Below are positions 28,651 through 39,596 of a stretch of DNA of 64,000 nucleotides, one piece after another. The position numbers and the translations under genes are program-made. The DNA lies in the NCBI RefSeq assembly GCF_016756745.1, contig NZ_JAESIH010000059.1, forward strand, positions 2,149 through 66,148, in the 5' to 3' direction. Numbering within the stretch: the stretch's first letter is position 1; every line of letters starts with the position of its first letter. Below the pieces are notes generated by a model. The model had not been told where the DNA came from, ran no database searches, and saw only the letters and a program-made list of their open reading frames with translations. This DNA comes from Aminivibrio sp. Its GTDB lineage: Bacteria > Synergistota > Synergistia > Synergistales > Aminobacteriaceae.

Positions 28651-29589
28651 TCAGCGAGACAGGGAATTCTCCACCACCATCCCGAGAAACTGCCCGAAGG
28701 AGATGCCCGCTGCCTCGGCCGCCTTGGGCACCAGGCTCGTGGCGGTCATTCCCGGCACCGTGTTGAGTTCCAGCACCACGGGCAGTCCGTCGTCGCCGAG
28801 ACGGAGATCCACCCGGGCGTAGGCCCTGCACCCCAGGGCATCGTAGGCACCGAGGGCTGCCTGCTCCACATTCTTCCGGACAGATTCTTCCAGAGGGGCC
28901 GGAACATGATATTCGCTCCCTCCGGGAGTGTATTTTGATCGGTAGTCGTAAAATCCTTCCCTCGGCCGGATTTCGATGACCGGGAGGCAGACGGGCTTCC
29001 CGTGCCGTTCATGGACCGCCACGGTGATCTCCCGGCCGGGGATGTACTCTTCCACCAGAACCCTGCCGTCGTGGCGGAAGGCCTCCTCCAGGGCATCTCC
29101 GAGCCCGCGGGAGCCGTCAAGGATGGAGACCCCCACTGTGCTCCCCGAACAGCAGGGCTTCACCACGAGTTTCCCCGACCGCTCCAGGAGCTCCTCCAGG
29201 CAGGTCCCGGAGAACTGTTCCTCCCCCGCCCCGCAGCGGGACACTTCGATCCCCTTCGGAACGGGGATCCCTTTCCACCGGAAGAGGGCCTTGCCCGCCG
29301 TCTTGTCCATGGCGAAGGCGCAGGAGGCATGGCGTGAGCCGGAAAAGGGAATTCCGGCCATTTCGAGGGCGGCCTGCAGCGTTCCATCTTCTCCCCATCC
29401 CCCGTGGAGGGCGATGAAGGCAAAACCCTCTTTTTTCCCGATGAAGGCCGATGCGTCTCCCCTGCTCCGGAGGTCCAGCGGCTCCGCTTCGTATCCTCTT
29501 TCCTGGAGCGCGGAGGCCACCGCTGCCCCGCTCCGGAGCGAAACCTCCCTTTCGGCGCCTTCGCCTCCGCAAAGTACCCATATCTTCAT
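28651..29589 (-). CDS. ddl: D-alanine--D-alanine ligase
   Basis: GGEGAEREVSLRSG, ALHGGWGEDG, MDK, SGSTVG, FYDYRSKY, ELNTVPG; start could be 29607. Confidence 0.92.
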   Translation of the reverse strand: MKIWVLCGGEGAEREVSLRSGAAVASALQERGYEAEPLDLRSRGDASAFIGKKEGFAFIALHGGWGEDGTLQAALEMAGIPFSGSRHASCAFAMDKTAGKALFRWKGIPVPKGIEVSRCGAGEEQFSGTCLEELLERSGKLVVKPCCSGSTVGVSILDGSRGLGDALEEAFRHDGRVLVEEYIPGREITVAVHERHGKPVCLPVIEIRPREGFYDYRSKYTPGGSEYHVPAPLEESVRKNVEQAALGAYDALGCRAYARVDLRLGDDGLPVVLELNTVPGMTATSLVPKAAEAAGISFGQFLGMVVENSLSR

Positions 29590-29735
29590 TCCAGTCAGTC
29601 CTTTCATCGGGAATGGTTCATTATAATACAGCCGGGACAGTGGGATTTTTCTTTTCTCCCCTCTTTCCCCATCTGGTACAATTGACCGGAGCGCTCGACA
29701 GAGAGCGGACTTTCCCCCTGCAGGAGGGCGAAACA

Positions 29736-30155
29736 ATGACAGTTCAGTGGAGCGACGACCTCGCCATTGGCATCGGCATCATCGATGACCAGCACAAAAA
29801 GCTCGTGGAGCGCATCGCGTCCTTTTCCAGGGCCGTGGAAAGCGGCGACAGGAACGAGATGGAAGATACAGTCAACTACCTCATCGGCTACGCCATCCAG
29901 CATTTCGGCGCCGAGGAGCTCATCATGATCCGCAACTGCTACGACCAGTTCAGGGAACACCGGGATGAACACAGCTGGTTCATCAAGGAGGTCTTCGACC
30001 TCCACCGAAGACTCGCCGAAGGAGAAGAGATGACCCGTGAGAGTGCCGAGACACTGAAAGACATGCTGGTGAACTGGACTCTCGATCATATCTCCATCAA
30101 GGACAAGCGCATCGCCGAGACTCTCAACAGCTTCGGCGGCCCTCTCTGGAGATAG
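29736..30155 (+). CDS. Single-domain bacteriohemerythrin
   Basis: WSDDLAIGIGIIDDQH, HFGAEE, HRDEH, HISIKD iron ligands; CAGGAGG RBS. Confidence 0.88.
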   Translation: MTVQWSDDLAIGIGIIDDQHKKLVERIASFSRAVESGDRNEMEDTVNYLIGYAIQHFGAEELIMIRNCYDQFREHRDEHSWFIKEVFDLHRRLAEGEEMTRESAETLKDMLVNWTLDHISIKDKRIAETLNSFGGPLWR

Positions 30156-30156
30156 G

Positions 30157-30798
30157 GTGCGATCCATGGACTCCGGAACTCTGAGCGAATTCCACCTCGA
30201 CGTCCTGAAAGAGGTGAGCAACATCGGCGCGGGAAACGCCGCCACTTCCCTTTCCTCCCTTTTGGGCAGAAAGGTGGACATGCGGGTCTCCCGGGTGGTC
30301 CCCATGCCGTTCAACGAGATCGTGGACTATGCGGGCGGCGCTGAGCGGATGATTTTGTCGGTCTTCGTCCGCATCGAGGGAGGCATTTCGGGAAACATGC
30401 TCTTCGTCATGAGCGTCTCCGACGCCCTGGCGCTCATCAGCCACATGACGGGAGCGTCCGGCGGCGAAGGCTTTACGGATATGGGGCTTTCGGTGATCCA
30501 CGAGGTGGGGAACATCACGATCGGGTCCTACATCACGGCCCTTTCCGACTTTCTCGGCTTCGAGCTCATCCCATCGGTGCCGTCCCTGGCCATGGACATG
30601 GCAGGGGCCATTCTTGCCTTCAGCCTTTCCGAGATCGGCCGGAGCGGGGACACCGCCATCGTCATCGACGGCGGTCTTTCCCTGGACGGGAATCCCCTCT
30701 CTGAGGGAGAGTCGAGCCGCATTTTCCTTCTTCCCGACCCCGATTCTTTCGGCCGGATCTTCCAGGCCCTCGGAGTGGCAGGCCATGGCGGTCGTTAG
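30157..30798 (+). CDS. cheC: Chemotaxis phosphatase CheC
   Basis: DVLKEVSNIGAGNAATSLS and HEVGNITIGSY repeats. Confidence 0.9.
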   Translation: MRSMDSGTLSEFHLDVLKEVSNIGAGNAATSLSSLLGRKVDMRVSRVVPMPFNEIVDYAGGAERMILSVFVRIEGGISGNMLFVMSVSDALALISHMTGASGGEGFTDMGLSVIHEVGNITIGSYITALSDFLGFELIPSVPSLAMDMAGAILAFSLSEIGRSGDTAIVIDGGLSLDGNPLSEGESSRIFLLPDPDSFGRIFQALGVAGHGGR

Positions 30799-31273
30799 GG
30801 TCGGTATCGCCGAAGCCGCGGTGGTGATAAACCCCGACTCCATCTCGACCCTCGGGCTTGGTTCCTGTGTGGGGGTGACCCTGTACGACGAAAAAAGGCG
30901 CATCGGGGGCATGGCTCACGTGATGCTCCCCTCCACGGAGCTGGCCAGGGGAACGGACTTCAACAGGTCGAAGTTCGCCGATTCGGCCGTGCCGGACCTC
31001 CTGAAGCAGATGATCCGGTACGGGGCCGACGAGCGGCGTATCAAGGCCAAGCTCGCCGGGGGCGCCCAAATGTTCTCCCTGGGGGGCAATGCCGACTCCC
31101 TCCTCAAGATCGGCACCCGGAACGTGGAAGCCTGCAGAAAGGTTCTCTCCTCCCTCAGGATCCCCATTCTGTCCGAGGACACCGGAGGCTCATGGGGTAG
31201 GACGGTGGAGCTGTTCACCGATTCCGGGATGCTCGAAATACGGGCCATCGGCAGGGAGAAGAAGCTCATCTAG
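30785..31273 (+). CDS. cheD: Chemoreceptor glutamine deamidase CheD
   Basis: TLGLGSCVGV, GMAHVMLP, AKLAGGAQMF, EDTGGSWGR. Confidence 0.92.
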   Translation: MAVVRVGIAEAAVVINPDSISTLGLGSCVGVTLYDEKRRIGGMAHVMLPSTELARGTDFNRSKFADSAVPDLLKQMIRYGADERRIKAKLAGGAQMFSLGGNADSLLKIGTRNVEACRKVLSSLRIPILSEDTGGSWGRTVELFTDSGMLEIRAIGREKKLI

Positions 31274-31302
31274 GGCGGCAGAAAGAGGATATATCACTCC
31301 TG

Positions 31303-31329
31303 GCCCGGCGATGATCGCCGGGCTTTTTT
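31303..31329 (+). terminator. Intrinsic terminator after cheD
   Basis: GCCCGGCGAT-G-ATCGCCGGGC followed by T6. Confidence 0.75.
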
Positions 31330-31330
31330 C

Positions 31331-31372
31331 CCTAAATCCGCTCATTTTTCAGGCAGAGGGAGTGTCGCCGGG
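31331..31372 (+). repeat. Solo left-type end of CCTAAATCCGC family
   Basis: CCTAAATCCGCTCATTTTTCAGGCAGAGGGAGTGTCGCCGGG. Confidence 0.85.
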
Positions 31373-31402
31373 CCTGTCGGCGGTGACCGGCGCCCCCGCT
31401 TC

Positions 31403-33712
31403 TCAGGACTTTCTCTCCCGATTGTAGTTGATCAGGGAGCCTGCGAGAATGACGGCCCGCTCGTCCTCCGTCAGGACACCGGTCTCGAGGGTGATTTTTA
31501 CGCAGCTCCCCTTCCCGGCCACATAGGCGGGAAACACCGTCTCTCCCCGCTCCATGGCCTGCCGGACGCCGGGAATGAAAATCCAGCTCCCGGCGGAGAA
31601 GGGGGGTTCGCCGTCAAGGACGAAGGGAATCATCCCCCAGTTGATGAGGTTGCTCCTGTACCTCTTCGTGGCGTACTCCCGGGCGATGTTCGCTCCTCCC
31701 CCGAGGACCCTCTGGCAGCTCGCCGCCTGTTCCCGGGCCGAACCGTCTCCAGGCTTCCGGGCATAGACCGCGGAAGCAAGGCTCACGGATTTCAGTGAAA
31801 TTGTCCTGAACCCCGGGACGGCTTCCAGGGCGGAGAAAGCCTCTTCCAGTTCGGGGGAGATTTCTCCGGGGGCTCTGCCTTCGGCGAAGGCTTTCCCGAA
31901 GGCCATGACCTCCTTCGCCTTCCCTACGTAGGAAGGATCCTTCCGTGAAAGGGTGAATTCCGCCAAGCGCAGGGGGTTGGAGCGGAAGCTCGCCGTCTCG
32001 CCCGAGGGGATGAGTTCGTCCGTGGTGGTCACGGGATCGGTGATGAAGGAGACCACCTTCAGCAGAAGGTGCTCCGGCAGTGGCGGCATCTCCGGCCAGT
32101 CGGCGATGTTCGGACCGAAGACCAGGGGGGTGTCGGGGCAGGGCGATCCGAACCCGCTGTAGACTCTGTTCTTGTAGGGAGTATCGTCGAAGAGGTATTC
32201 CCACCGTTCCTCCGCCGGTTCAAGGTCCGTGGCGGGAGTGAGAAGGCCGCCGTTGGCCGCCGTGGCGGCGATGCTCCGGGCGTCCATAAGGGCCACCGAT
32301 GCGATCTGCCCTTCCCGGGGCTTCGATCCTTCCCGGTTGGGGAAATTCCTGGTGGTGTGCCGGATGGAGAGGGACCCGGCGGCCGGGACGTCTCCCGCCC
32401 CGAAGCAGGGGCCGCAGAAGGCCGTCCGGACCACCGCCCCGGCCATCATCAGTTCCGTGATGGTCCCGTTCTTCACCAGTTCAAGCAGCACGGGCTGGCT
32501 CGAGGGGTAGACCGACAGGGAAAAATCCCCGCTGCCCGTGTTCTTTCCCTTCAGAAGAGACGCCGCAGCCATGACGTTCGTGTAGGTTCCCCCTGCGCAT
32601 CCAGCGATGATTCCCTGGTCCACCCGGAGCCTGCCCTTCTCGAGCTTGTCGGTGAGACTGAACTTCGCCTTCGTGTTTCCCAGGAGTTCTGCTGCGGAGT
32701 GTTCCACTTCCCTGAGGACGTCGCCGGGATTTTCGTTGAACCTTTCTATCTCCATGGCGTTGGAGGGGTGGAACGGCAGGGCGATCATGGGTTTCACCGA
32801 GGCAAGGTCCACAGTGATCATGCCGTCGTACCACGCGACTTTGCCGGGGTTCAGCTCCCGGAAATCCTCCGGGCGTCCGTGGGCGGAAAGAAAGTCTTTC
32901 ACATTTCCGTCGGTGCGCCAGATCGAGGAAAGGCAGGCCGTCTCGGTGGTCATCACGTCCACGCCGCACCGATAGTCGGCGGAGAGGTTGGAAACGCCGT
33001 CCCCCACGAACTCCATGATACTGTTCTTGACGTAGCCGCAGTTGAAGACGGCGCCGATTATGGCCAGCGCGACATCCTGGGGGCCTACGCCGGGACGGGG
33101 TTTTCCCGTGAGGTACACCCCCACCACCCTGGGGTAGGCGATGTCGTAGGTCTGGCCCAGGAGCTGCTTCACCAGCTCTCCGCCCCCTTCTCCCACGGCG
33201 AGGGTTCCCAAGGCGCCGTAGCGGGTGTGGCTGTCGCTTCCGAGGATCATCTTTCCGCAGCCCGCCATGGCCTCCCGCATGTACATATGGATCACCGCCA
33301 TGTGGGCGGGAACGTAGATACCTCCGTATTTTTTCGCCGCCGAGAGGCCGAAACGATGGTCGTCCTCGTTGATGGTGCCCCCCACGGCGCACAGCGAATT
33401 GTGGCAGTTTGTGAGGACGTAAGGGAGGGGAAAGGATTCCAGGCCTCCGGCCCTGGCCGTCTGTATAATGCTCACGTAGGTGATGTCGTGGGACGCCAGG
33501 GCGTCGAACTTTATCTTCATCCGCTCCATGGAGCCCGAGGTGTTGTGGCTCTCCAGGATGGACCATGAAAGGGTGCCCTTCCGGGCCTCTTCGCGGCTGA
33601 CGGGCCGGCCGGCCAGTTCGGCGGCCTTGGCCTCCGCCGAGGCGCCGTCCTCCACGATGTGCCTTCCGTCCACCAGGAAGGCGCCTTTTTCCAGCAGCTT
33701 GACCATGTTCAT
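31403..33712 (-). CDS. Aconitase-family hydratase (YbhJ-like)
   Basis: SHDITY, NCHNSLC, GSDSHTR, GCAGG and CGPCFG Fe-S cysteines, TTTDEL. Confidence 0.88.
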   Translation of the reverse strand: MNMVKLLEKGAFLVDGRHIVEDGASAEAKAAELAGRPVSREEARKGTLSWSILESHNTSGSMERMKIKFDALASHDITYVSIIQTARAGGLESFPLPYVLTNCHNSLCAVGGTINEDDHRFGLSAAKKYGGIYVPAHMAVIHMYMREAMAGCGKMILGSDSHTRYGALGTLAVGEGGGELVKQLLGQTYDIAYPRVVGVYLTGKPRPGVGPQDVALAIIGAVFNCGYVKNSIMEFVGDGVSNLSADYRCGVDVMTTETACLSSIWRTDGNVKDFLSAHGRPEDFRELNPGKVAWYDGMITVDLASVKPMIALPFHPSNAMEIERFNENPGDVLREVEHSAAELLGNTKAKFSLTDKLEKGRLRVDQGIIAGCAGGTYTNVMAAASLLKGKNTGSGDFSLSVYPSSQPVLLELVKNGTITELMMAGAVVRTAFCGPCFGAGDVPAAGSLSIRHTTRNFPNREGSKPREGQIASVALMDARSIAATAANGGLLTPATDLEPAEERWEYLFDDTPYKNRVYSGFGSPCPDTPLVFGPNIADWPEMPPLPEHLLLKVVSFITDPVTTTDELIPSGETASFRSNPLRLAEFTLSRKDPSYVGKAKEVMAFGKAFAEGRAPGEISPELEEAFSALEAVPGFRTISLKSVSLASAVYARKPGDGSAREQAASCQRVLGGGANIAREYATKRYRSNLINWGMIPFVLDGEPPFSAGSWIFIPGVRQAMERGETVFPAYVAGKGSCVKITLETGVLTEDERAVILAGSLINYNRERKS

Positions 33713-33777
33713 TCCCCTCCGTCGTCTCGGTTCTTCCGGGGCGGCACTCCCGTTCTTCAGCGGATCCGTGCTTCCTC

Positions 33778-34602
33778 TCAGTCTTCCTTTTTGTCGCGGT
33801 AGAGCCCTGCTGCCTTCTCGGCGGACACGGTAATCCCCCGGATGAGAGCCGAGCTGAACCCCTCGTGCTCCATCCGGTTGAGACCGGAAATGGTGCAGCC
33901 CTTGGGAGTGGTCACCTTGTCGATTTCATTCTCTGGGTGGCTCCCGCTCACGGAGAGCAGACATGCCGCGCCCTTTGCCGTCTGGACCGCCATGGCCAGG
34001 GAGTTCTTGGCAGAGAGGCCGATCTCGATCCCGCCCTGGGAAGCCGCCCGGATGGCCCGGAGGAAGAAGGCGATACCGCAGGCCCCTAAAGCGGTTGCGG
34101 CGATCATGTCCTCCTCGCGGATGCGGAGGGTCTTCCCCACATCGTTGAAGATCCGCTTGGCCATTTCCAGAGCCCTGTCGTCGGGACCGTTGGAGGCCAG
34201 GCAGGTCATGGACTCCCGGACGGCGATGGCCGTGTTGGGCATTGCCCTGGCGATGCGGAGAGGCTTCCCGATGACCTCCTCGATTCGTTTGATGCTAAGT
34301 CCCGTGACCACGGAGATGAGGATATGGCGATCGAAATCCAGCACCGGGGCAATTTCCTGAAGAAGGGCGTCCACCAGCTGGGGCTCCACGGTAACGATCA
34401 CCACGTCCGCTCCTTTGACGGCGGCGGAGTTGTCGCTGGTCACCTCGAACCCCATGGCCTTGTACTCTTCCAGAAGGTGGGTCCGCCTTCTGGTGAGGGT
34501 GATCGTCCCCGGGGCAAAATTCCCGGCCTGGGCCAGGCCCCTGGCTATGCTCGAACCGATGTTACCGGCCCCGAGAATGGCAATCCGTACTGCGTTTTCC
34601 AT
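33778..34602 (-). CDS. proC: Pyrroline-5-carboxylate reductase
   Basis: [25 protein letters not shown]. Confidence 0.92.
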   Translation of the reverse strand: MENAVRIAILGAGNIGSSIARGLAQAGNFAPGTITLTRRRTHLLEEYKAMGFEVTSDNSAAVKGADVVIVTVEPQLVDALLQEIAPVLDFDRHILISVVTGLSIKRIEEVIGKPLRIARAMPNTAIAVRESMTCLASNGPDDRALEMAKRIFNDVGKTLRIREEDMIAATALGACGIAFFLRAIRAASQGGIEIGLSAKNSLAMAVQTAKGAACLLSVSGSHPENEIDKVTTPKGCTISGLNRMEHEGFSSALIRGITVSAEKAAGLYRDKKED

Positions 34603-34703
34603 TTCTGTTCGAACCTCCCTTGAAATTGCGGGCATCATCGGGAGATCCGGTGAGCCGTAATTTTTTAGCGGACAGTATATCAAAGTCAGCCCCTGTTGAA
34701 AAG

Positions 34704-34740
34704 CCTAAATCCGCAGGTTTTTCAGGCAGAGGGAGCGCCG
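34704..34740 (+). repeat. Solo left-type end of CCTAAATCCGC family
   Basis: CCTAAATCCGCAGGTTTTTCAGGCAGAGGGAGCGCCG. Confidence 0.85.
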
Positions 34741-34751
34741 CCTTTTTTTCC

Positions 34752-35924
34752 TCAGTCCCTGAAGGGCAGGACTTTCCGACGGTATTCCTCCCTGGCCGCT
34801 TCCCGAAAGTCCCCGTCGGAGAGGAGATCCCAGCCTGTGAGGGCAAGCCCCTTGGCGGCGAGAAGCACCACTTCGTCGCCCCTGGGAGAGACGGCGGCCT
34901 CGCGGAATTCCGGCGTATGACCGGCCACGGAGGTATCCGCTATGGCCAAGTACTCATGGATGACGGGCAGCTCCAGGGAAACGTTCCCCACATCCGACGA
35001 TCCCACCCTCTCCCGGGGATCGGGATACTCCATGACCTCCCCGAGAGACTCCATGTTCCTCTTGAAGGCCTCACCCATGGCGGCGTTGGGATACCGCTCG
35101 GCATACACGGGTTCCCCATCAAGGATGAAGGACGCTCCCGTGACCATGGCGGCCGCCTCGGCGACCCGGTTCAGGTCCCGGTACATGGCGACGAGCTCCT
35201 TTTTCGTGGACGCCCGGACTGTGAAATGGGCCTCAGCGAGATCGGGAATGATGTTCGAAGCCGTTCCGCCCCTGGTGATGATGCCGTTGATCTTGGCGGA
35301 GTTCGGCCAGGTCTGCCGGAGAGTGTCGATGCCGTTGAAGAAGGCGATGAGGGACGTGAGGGCATTCACGCCCTTGTCGGGAACGGCGGAGTGGGCCGCC
35401 CTTCCCAGAAATTCGACCCGCACGCCCTGGGCGGCAAGGCCGCCCCTGCCGATAATGTTCTTCGTGTTGGGGTGCACCATAAGGGCGAAATCCACCCCGG
35501 CGAAGCCACCCCGCTCGACGATGCAGATCTTCCCTCCCCGTTCCTCCTCTCCGGGGGTTCCGATGACCTGGATCTCCCCGGCGGTTTCATCCAGAACGGA
35601 AGCCAGGGCGATCCCCGCACCCACCGCGGAGGCGGCGATGATGTTGTGCCCGCAGGCGTGCCCGAGGCCTTTCAGGGCGTCATATTCCGAGAGGAAGGCC
35701 ACCACGGGTCCTCCGTCCCGTCCCTTCTTCACCGCCCGGAAGGCGGTTTCCATGCCGCAGAAGGGCATTTCCACGATGAAGCCGTGCCGCTCGAGCAGCT
35801 CCTTCTGCCAGAGGACCGCCTGATGTTCCTCGAAGGCCGTCTCGGGGCATCCGTGAATATCGTGGCTCAGCTGAAGCAGTTCCTGACGTATCTCTTCAAC
35901 CTTGTTTTTGATGCGTTCTTTCAT
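34752..35924 (-). CDS. M20-family amidohydrolase/dipeptidase
   Basis: EYDAL, HACGHN, GTPGEE, AAHSA, GSSDVGNVS. Confidence 0.9.
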   Translation of the reverse strand: MKERIKNKVEEIRQELLQLSHDIHGCPETAFEEHQAVLWQKELLERHGFIVEMPFCGMETAFRAVKKGRDGGPVVAFLSEYDALKGLGHACGHNIIAASAVGAGIALASVLDETAGEIQVIGTPGEEERGGKICIVERGGFAGVDFALMVHPNTKNIIGRGGLAAQGVRVEFLGRAAHSAVPDKGVNALTSLIAFFNGIDTLRQTWPNSAKINGIITRGGTASNIIPDLAEAHFTVRASTKKELVAMYRDLNRVAEAAAMVTGASFILDGEPVYAERYPNAAMGEAFKRNMESLGEVMEYPDPRERVGSSDVGNVSLELPVIHEYLAIADTSVAGHTPEFREAAVSPRGDEVVLLAAKGLALTGWDLLSDGDFREAAREEYRRKVLPFRD

Positions 35925-35951
35925 GAAAGGAATCTCTCCTCCTTACTTTGG

Positions 35952-35990
35952 AAAAAAGGCAGGCCGGCGGCACTGGGCCCCGGCCTGCCT
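35952..35990 (-). terminator. Terminator/attenuator between the peptide-binding protein gene and the M20 gene
   Basis: AGGCAGGCCGG...CCGGCCTGCCT followed by T6 on the minus strand. Confidence 0.6.
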
Positions 35991-36016
35991 GCATCCGCCC
36001 GGCTTTGGAAATCCGA

Positions 36017-37555
36017 TTATTTCACGTCCATGTCGTAGGCAAGGATGGACTTGTCCGCCCGGGGCTCGAACACCACGGAATCCTTTTTGCCGTAGATGTC
36101 CTGCTGGAAGTACAGGGGAACGATGCCCCCGTCCTCAACGATCATCCGGGCGGCCTTCTCGAGGATAACCCTGCGTTTCTCCGGATCCGCGGTGCCGTCG
36201 GCCTCGTCGATGAGGGCATCAAATTCGGGGTTGGCGTAGTGGCACCTGTTGGAGCCTCCCTTGGCGGGATTCTTGCCCCTGGTGTAGAAGAGAACGCCGG
36301 CCATCTCGCCCACGTCGATGGGCTCGGACCATCCTGTCATGACAAGACTGGACTTGTCGCCGGGGCGGACGAAATCGAAGAAGGTGGTCTTGGGGTGAAG
36401 GCGGAGCTCGATCTGTATTCCGACCTTGGTGAGCTGGCTCGCCAGCGCCTGGGCAACCTGGGCGTCATTGGGATAGCGGCCGTTGGGGGCGTCGAGGTAT
36501 ACCTTGAAGCCGTCGGGATATCCGGCCTCGGCGAGAAGCTTCTTCGCCTCTTCGGGATCGTATTTCGGGGCAGGCATGTCCTCCACGTATCCTCTCCGGC
36601 CCTTCAGGACCATCTGGTTCGTGGCGTAGGCATTGCCGTTCATGATCATCTTGACGATGGAATCGCGGTTGATGGCCATGGACAGGGCTTTCCGCACCCT
36701 GATGTCGGCGAGGGGGTTCCTGTCGAGCCCGATGATCCCGGGGCCCTGGGGACGATGGGAGTCCACGTGGAGATAGATCAGCCGCTCGCTGGGACGCTCC
36801 GCCACCGAAAGGCCTTCAGTGTTCCTGAGCTTGTCCACGTCACGGACTGGAACGTCCTCGATGATGTCCACTTCGCCGGTCAGCAGGGCAGCCGTGCGGG
36901 TGGCGGCGTTGCTGATGGGGCGGAAGGTGACCTTCTTGATCTTCGGCGCGCCGCCCCAGTACTGCTCGTTGGCCTTCATGGTGATATGGTCTTCCTTGAC
37001 CCACTCCACGAAGACGTAGGGGCCGGTGCCCACGGGGGCCTGGTTGAAGGCGGTTTCGCCGAGTTTTGTCCTGTAGGCCTTGGGGAGGATGCGCAGCGCG
37101 GCCAGGGACTCGAGAAGGACTGCCGTGGGGGCCTTGGTGACGATCTTCACGGTGTAGGGGTCCACAACCTCCACCCTGTCGATGGAGGCAGTGAAGTTCT
37201 TCAGCAGGGAGGTGCGGCACACCTCGATGGTGTAGGCCACGTCCTCGGCGGTGAAGTCGCTGCCGTCGTGGAACGTGACGCCCTTTTTCAGGCTGAAGGT
37301 CCAGGTGAGATTGTCGTCGCCGATGGTCCAGGATTCGGCGAGGGCCGCCCGGGGAACGCCGAGGGCGTCGTTGTTGAGAAGCCCGTCGTACATGTAGCGT
37401 CCCATGGTGTTGGTGATGGTCTCATCCTGCTGGGAAGGGTCCATGAAGAGAGCGTCCGACGCGAGGCCGATGACGATGCTTTTCTCCGCTGCCGCAGGGG
37501 CGGCCAGGGCAAGGCAGAGCGCTAGTATCGCAAAGAGTGCCGCAAATTTCCTCAT
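36017..37555 (-). CDS. Peptide/dipeptide ABC transporter substrate-binding protein (family 5)
   Basis: Signal peptide; LKKGVTFHDGSDFTAEDV, PVGTGPY, YDPEEAKKLLAEAGY. Confidence 0.9.
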   Translation of the reverse strand: MRKFAALFAILALCLALAAPAAAEKSIVIGLASDALFMDPSQQDETITNTMGRYMYDGLLNNDALGVPRAALAESWTIGDDNLTWTFSLKKGVTFHDGSDFTAEDVAYTIEVCRTSLLKNFTASIDRVEVVDPYTVKIVTKAPTAVLLESLAALRILPKAYRTKLGETAFNQAPVGTGPYVFVEWVKEDHITMKANEQYWGGAPKIKKVTFRPISNAATRTAALLTGEVDIIEDVPVRDVDKLRNTEGLSVAERPSERLIYLHVDSHRPQGPGIIGLDRNPLADIRVRKALSMAINRDSIVKMIMNGNAYATNQMVLKGRRGYVEDMPAPKYDPEEAKKLLAEAGYPDGFKVYLDAPNGRYPNDAQVAQALASQLTKVGIQIELRLHPKTTFFDFVRPGDKSSLVMTGWSEPIDVGEMAGVLFYTRGKNPAKGGSNRCHYANPEFDALIDEADGTADPEKRRVILEKAARMIVEDGGIVPLYFQQDIYGKKDSVVFEPRADKSILAYDMDVK

Positions 37556-37607
37556 TTGTTTATTCCTCCTCCTTATTTTTTCGTTCCGGTGGGCCTATTA
37601 TAAACTA

Positions 37608-38597
37608 TCATTCTCCGTAAAGATGGCACGCCACCATTCTTCCCTCCACAGGCTGAAGGGAAGGTCTCCGGGCATCGCAGACTTTCATCCGGCGGGGGCA
37701 GCGGCCGGCGAAGGGACAACCCGGCGGAAGGTCGATGGGACTCGGGACGTCCCCCTGCAGGGGAGCGGCCGCTTTCCTCCTGTCCAGCGTGGGGGCGGCG
37801 GCGAGGAGAGCCTCGGTATAGGGGTGGAGGGGACGGCCGAAAATGTTGTCCCGGTCTCCCTGCTCCACGATGAAGCCAAGGTACATGATCCCCAGCCTCT
37901 CGGTGACGTGGCGCACCACGGAGAGGTCGTGGGCGATGAACAGGTAGGAGAGACCGAACTCGTCTCTCAGGTCCATCATCAGGTTCAGCACCTGGGCCTG
38001 GATAGACACGTCGAGGGCTGAGACGGGCTCGTCGGCGACGATGAAGGAGGGGTTCGTGGCCAGGGCCCTGGCGATGCCGACGCGCTGCCGCTGCCCCCCG
38101 GAGAACTGGTGGGGGTACCTGTCGGCCTGTTCGGGCCTGAAGCCCACGATGTCCAGGAGACGCAGCATCCGGCTTTCCGCCTCGTCCTTCCCCGAAACCG
38201 TCCGGTGGAAGAGCATGGGCTCCATGATGATGTCCTTTATCCTCTGCCTCGGGTTCAGCGAGGCGTAGGGGTCCTGGAAGATCATCTGCATCTTCTTCCG
38301 GACGGGCATCATTCGGGAGGGGGAGTAAGCCGTGATGTCCTCTCCGTCGAAGACGATCCGCCCCGTCTTCGGCTCCAGCAGGCGCACCACGGTGCGGGCG
38401 GTGGTGGTTTTTCCGCATCCCGACTCGCCCACCAGGCTGAAGACCTCGCCCCGGAGGATGTCGAAGGAGACGCCGTTCACCGCGTGGACGGTTTTCACAG
38501 GCCTTCCCGCCAGCCGGTCCAGGAGCCCCCGAGGCTGACTGAAGCTCTGGACGAGGCCGGCGACCTCGAGAAGAACATCCCTTCCTCTACCGTCCAT
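37608..38597 (-). CDS. Peptide ABC transporter ATPase (OppF/DppF-like)
   Basis: GESGCGKT, FSGGQRQR, DEPVSALD, HPYT. Confidence 0.9.
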   Translation of the reverse strand: MDGRGRDVLLEVAGLVQSFSQPRGLLDRLAGRPVKTVHAVNGVSFDILRGEVFSLVGESGCGKTTTARTVVRLLEPKTGRIVFDGEDITAYSPSRMMPVRKKMQMIFQDPYASLNPRQRIKDIIMEPMLFHRTVSGKDEAESRMLRLLDIVGFRPEQADRYPHQFSGGQRQRVGIARALATNPSFIVADEPVSALDVSIQAQVLNLMMDLRDEFGLSYLFIAHDLSVVRHVTERLGIMYLGFIVEQGDRDNIFGRPLHPYTEALLAAAPTLDRRKAAAPLQGDVPSPIDLPPGCPFAGRCPRRMKVCDARRPSLQPVEGRMVACHLYGE

Positions 38598-39588
38598 GGC
38601 AATCCGCCTCCTCTCCGCCCTTTACGGGGTTGTGGCAGCGCACCTTCCGCCCGTGGGCGACGGTGCGCATCCGGGGAACCTCCTGCCGGCACCGCTCCGT
38701 GGCATATCCGCACCGGGGGGCGAAGGAACACCCTGGCGGAAGGTCGAAAAGACTCGGCACCATGCCGGGTATCTGGGGGAGCCTCCGGCTTCTTTCCCCG
38801 GACAGCCTGGGAATGGACTCCAGCAGGCCCTTCGTGTAGGGATGGAAGGGGCGCCGCACAAGCTCCCTCGTGGGCCCTTCCTCCACCACCCTGCCGCAGT
38901 ACATGACGGCCACCCTGTCGGTCATCTCGGAGACCACGGCGAGATCGTGGGTGATGAGGATGAGCGCGGAGCCGAACCGTCTCACGAGATTTTCCATGAG
39001 GGCCAGGATCTGGGCCTGCACCGTCACGTCCAGGGCGGTGGTGGGCTCGTCGGCGATGATGAGCTTCGGGTTCGCGGCAAGGGCGATGGCGATGACCACC
39101 CGCTGCCGCATTCCCCCGGAAAACTGGTGGGGGTAGTTCTCGAGGCGGTCCTCGGGGTTTGGGATGCCCACCTCCCTGAGGAGCTCCAGGGTCCTCTTCC
39201 TCCGGTCCGCCCGGGAGAGAGGGGTGTGGAGGGCCAGCATCTCGTCGATCTGTCTCCCGATGGTCTGAAGGGGGTTCAGGGAAGTCATGGGATCCTGGAA
39301 GATCATGGAGATCTCCTTCCCCCGGATGCGGCGCATCTCTTCCTCCGACTTCTCCAGCAGGTTCTCCCCCCTGAAGATAACTTCCCCTGCGGCGATCCTT
39401 CCGGGAGGGTCGATGAGGCCGAGGAGAGAGAAGCCGGTAACGGACTTTCCGCCCCCCGATTCTCCCACGATGCCCAGAATTTCCCCTTCCCTGAGGGTGA
39501 AGTCCACCCCGTCCACGGCCTTCACCGTGCCACGGAAGAGTTCGAAGCGGGTCTGCAGATTTCTGACTTCCAGAAGGTATTCAGACAT
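38587..39588 (-). CDS. Peptide ABC transporter ATPase (OppD/DppD-like)
   Basis: GESGGGKS, FSGGMRQR, DEPTTALD; start MSEYLL at 39588. Confidence 0.9.
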   Translation of the reverse strand: MSEYLLEVRNLQTRFELFRGTVKAVDGVDFTLREGEILGIVGESGGGKSVTGFSLLGLIDPPGRIAAGEVIFRGENLLEKSEEEMRRIRGKEISMIFQDPMTSLNPLQTIGRQIDEMLALHTPLSRADRRKRTLELLREVGIPNPEDRLENYPHQFSGGMRQRVVIAIALAANPKLIIADEPTTALDVTVQAQILALMENLVRRFGSALILITHDLAVVSEMTDRVAVMYCGRVVEEGPTRELVRRPFHPYTKGLLESIPRLSGERSRRLPQIPGMVPSLFDLPPGCSFAPRCGYATERCRQEVPRMRTVAHGRKVRCHNPVKGGEEADCHGR

Positions 39589-39596
39589 GAGATATT

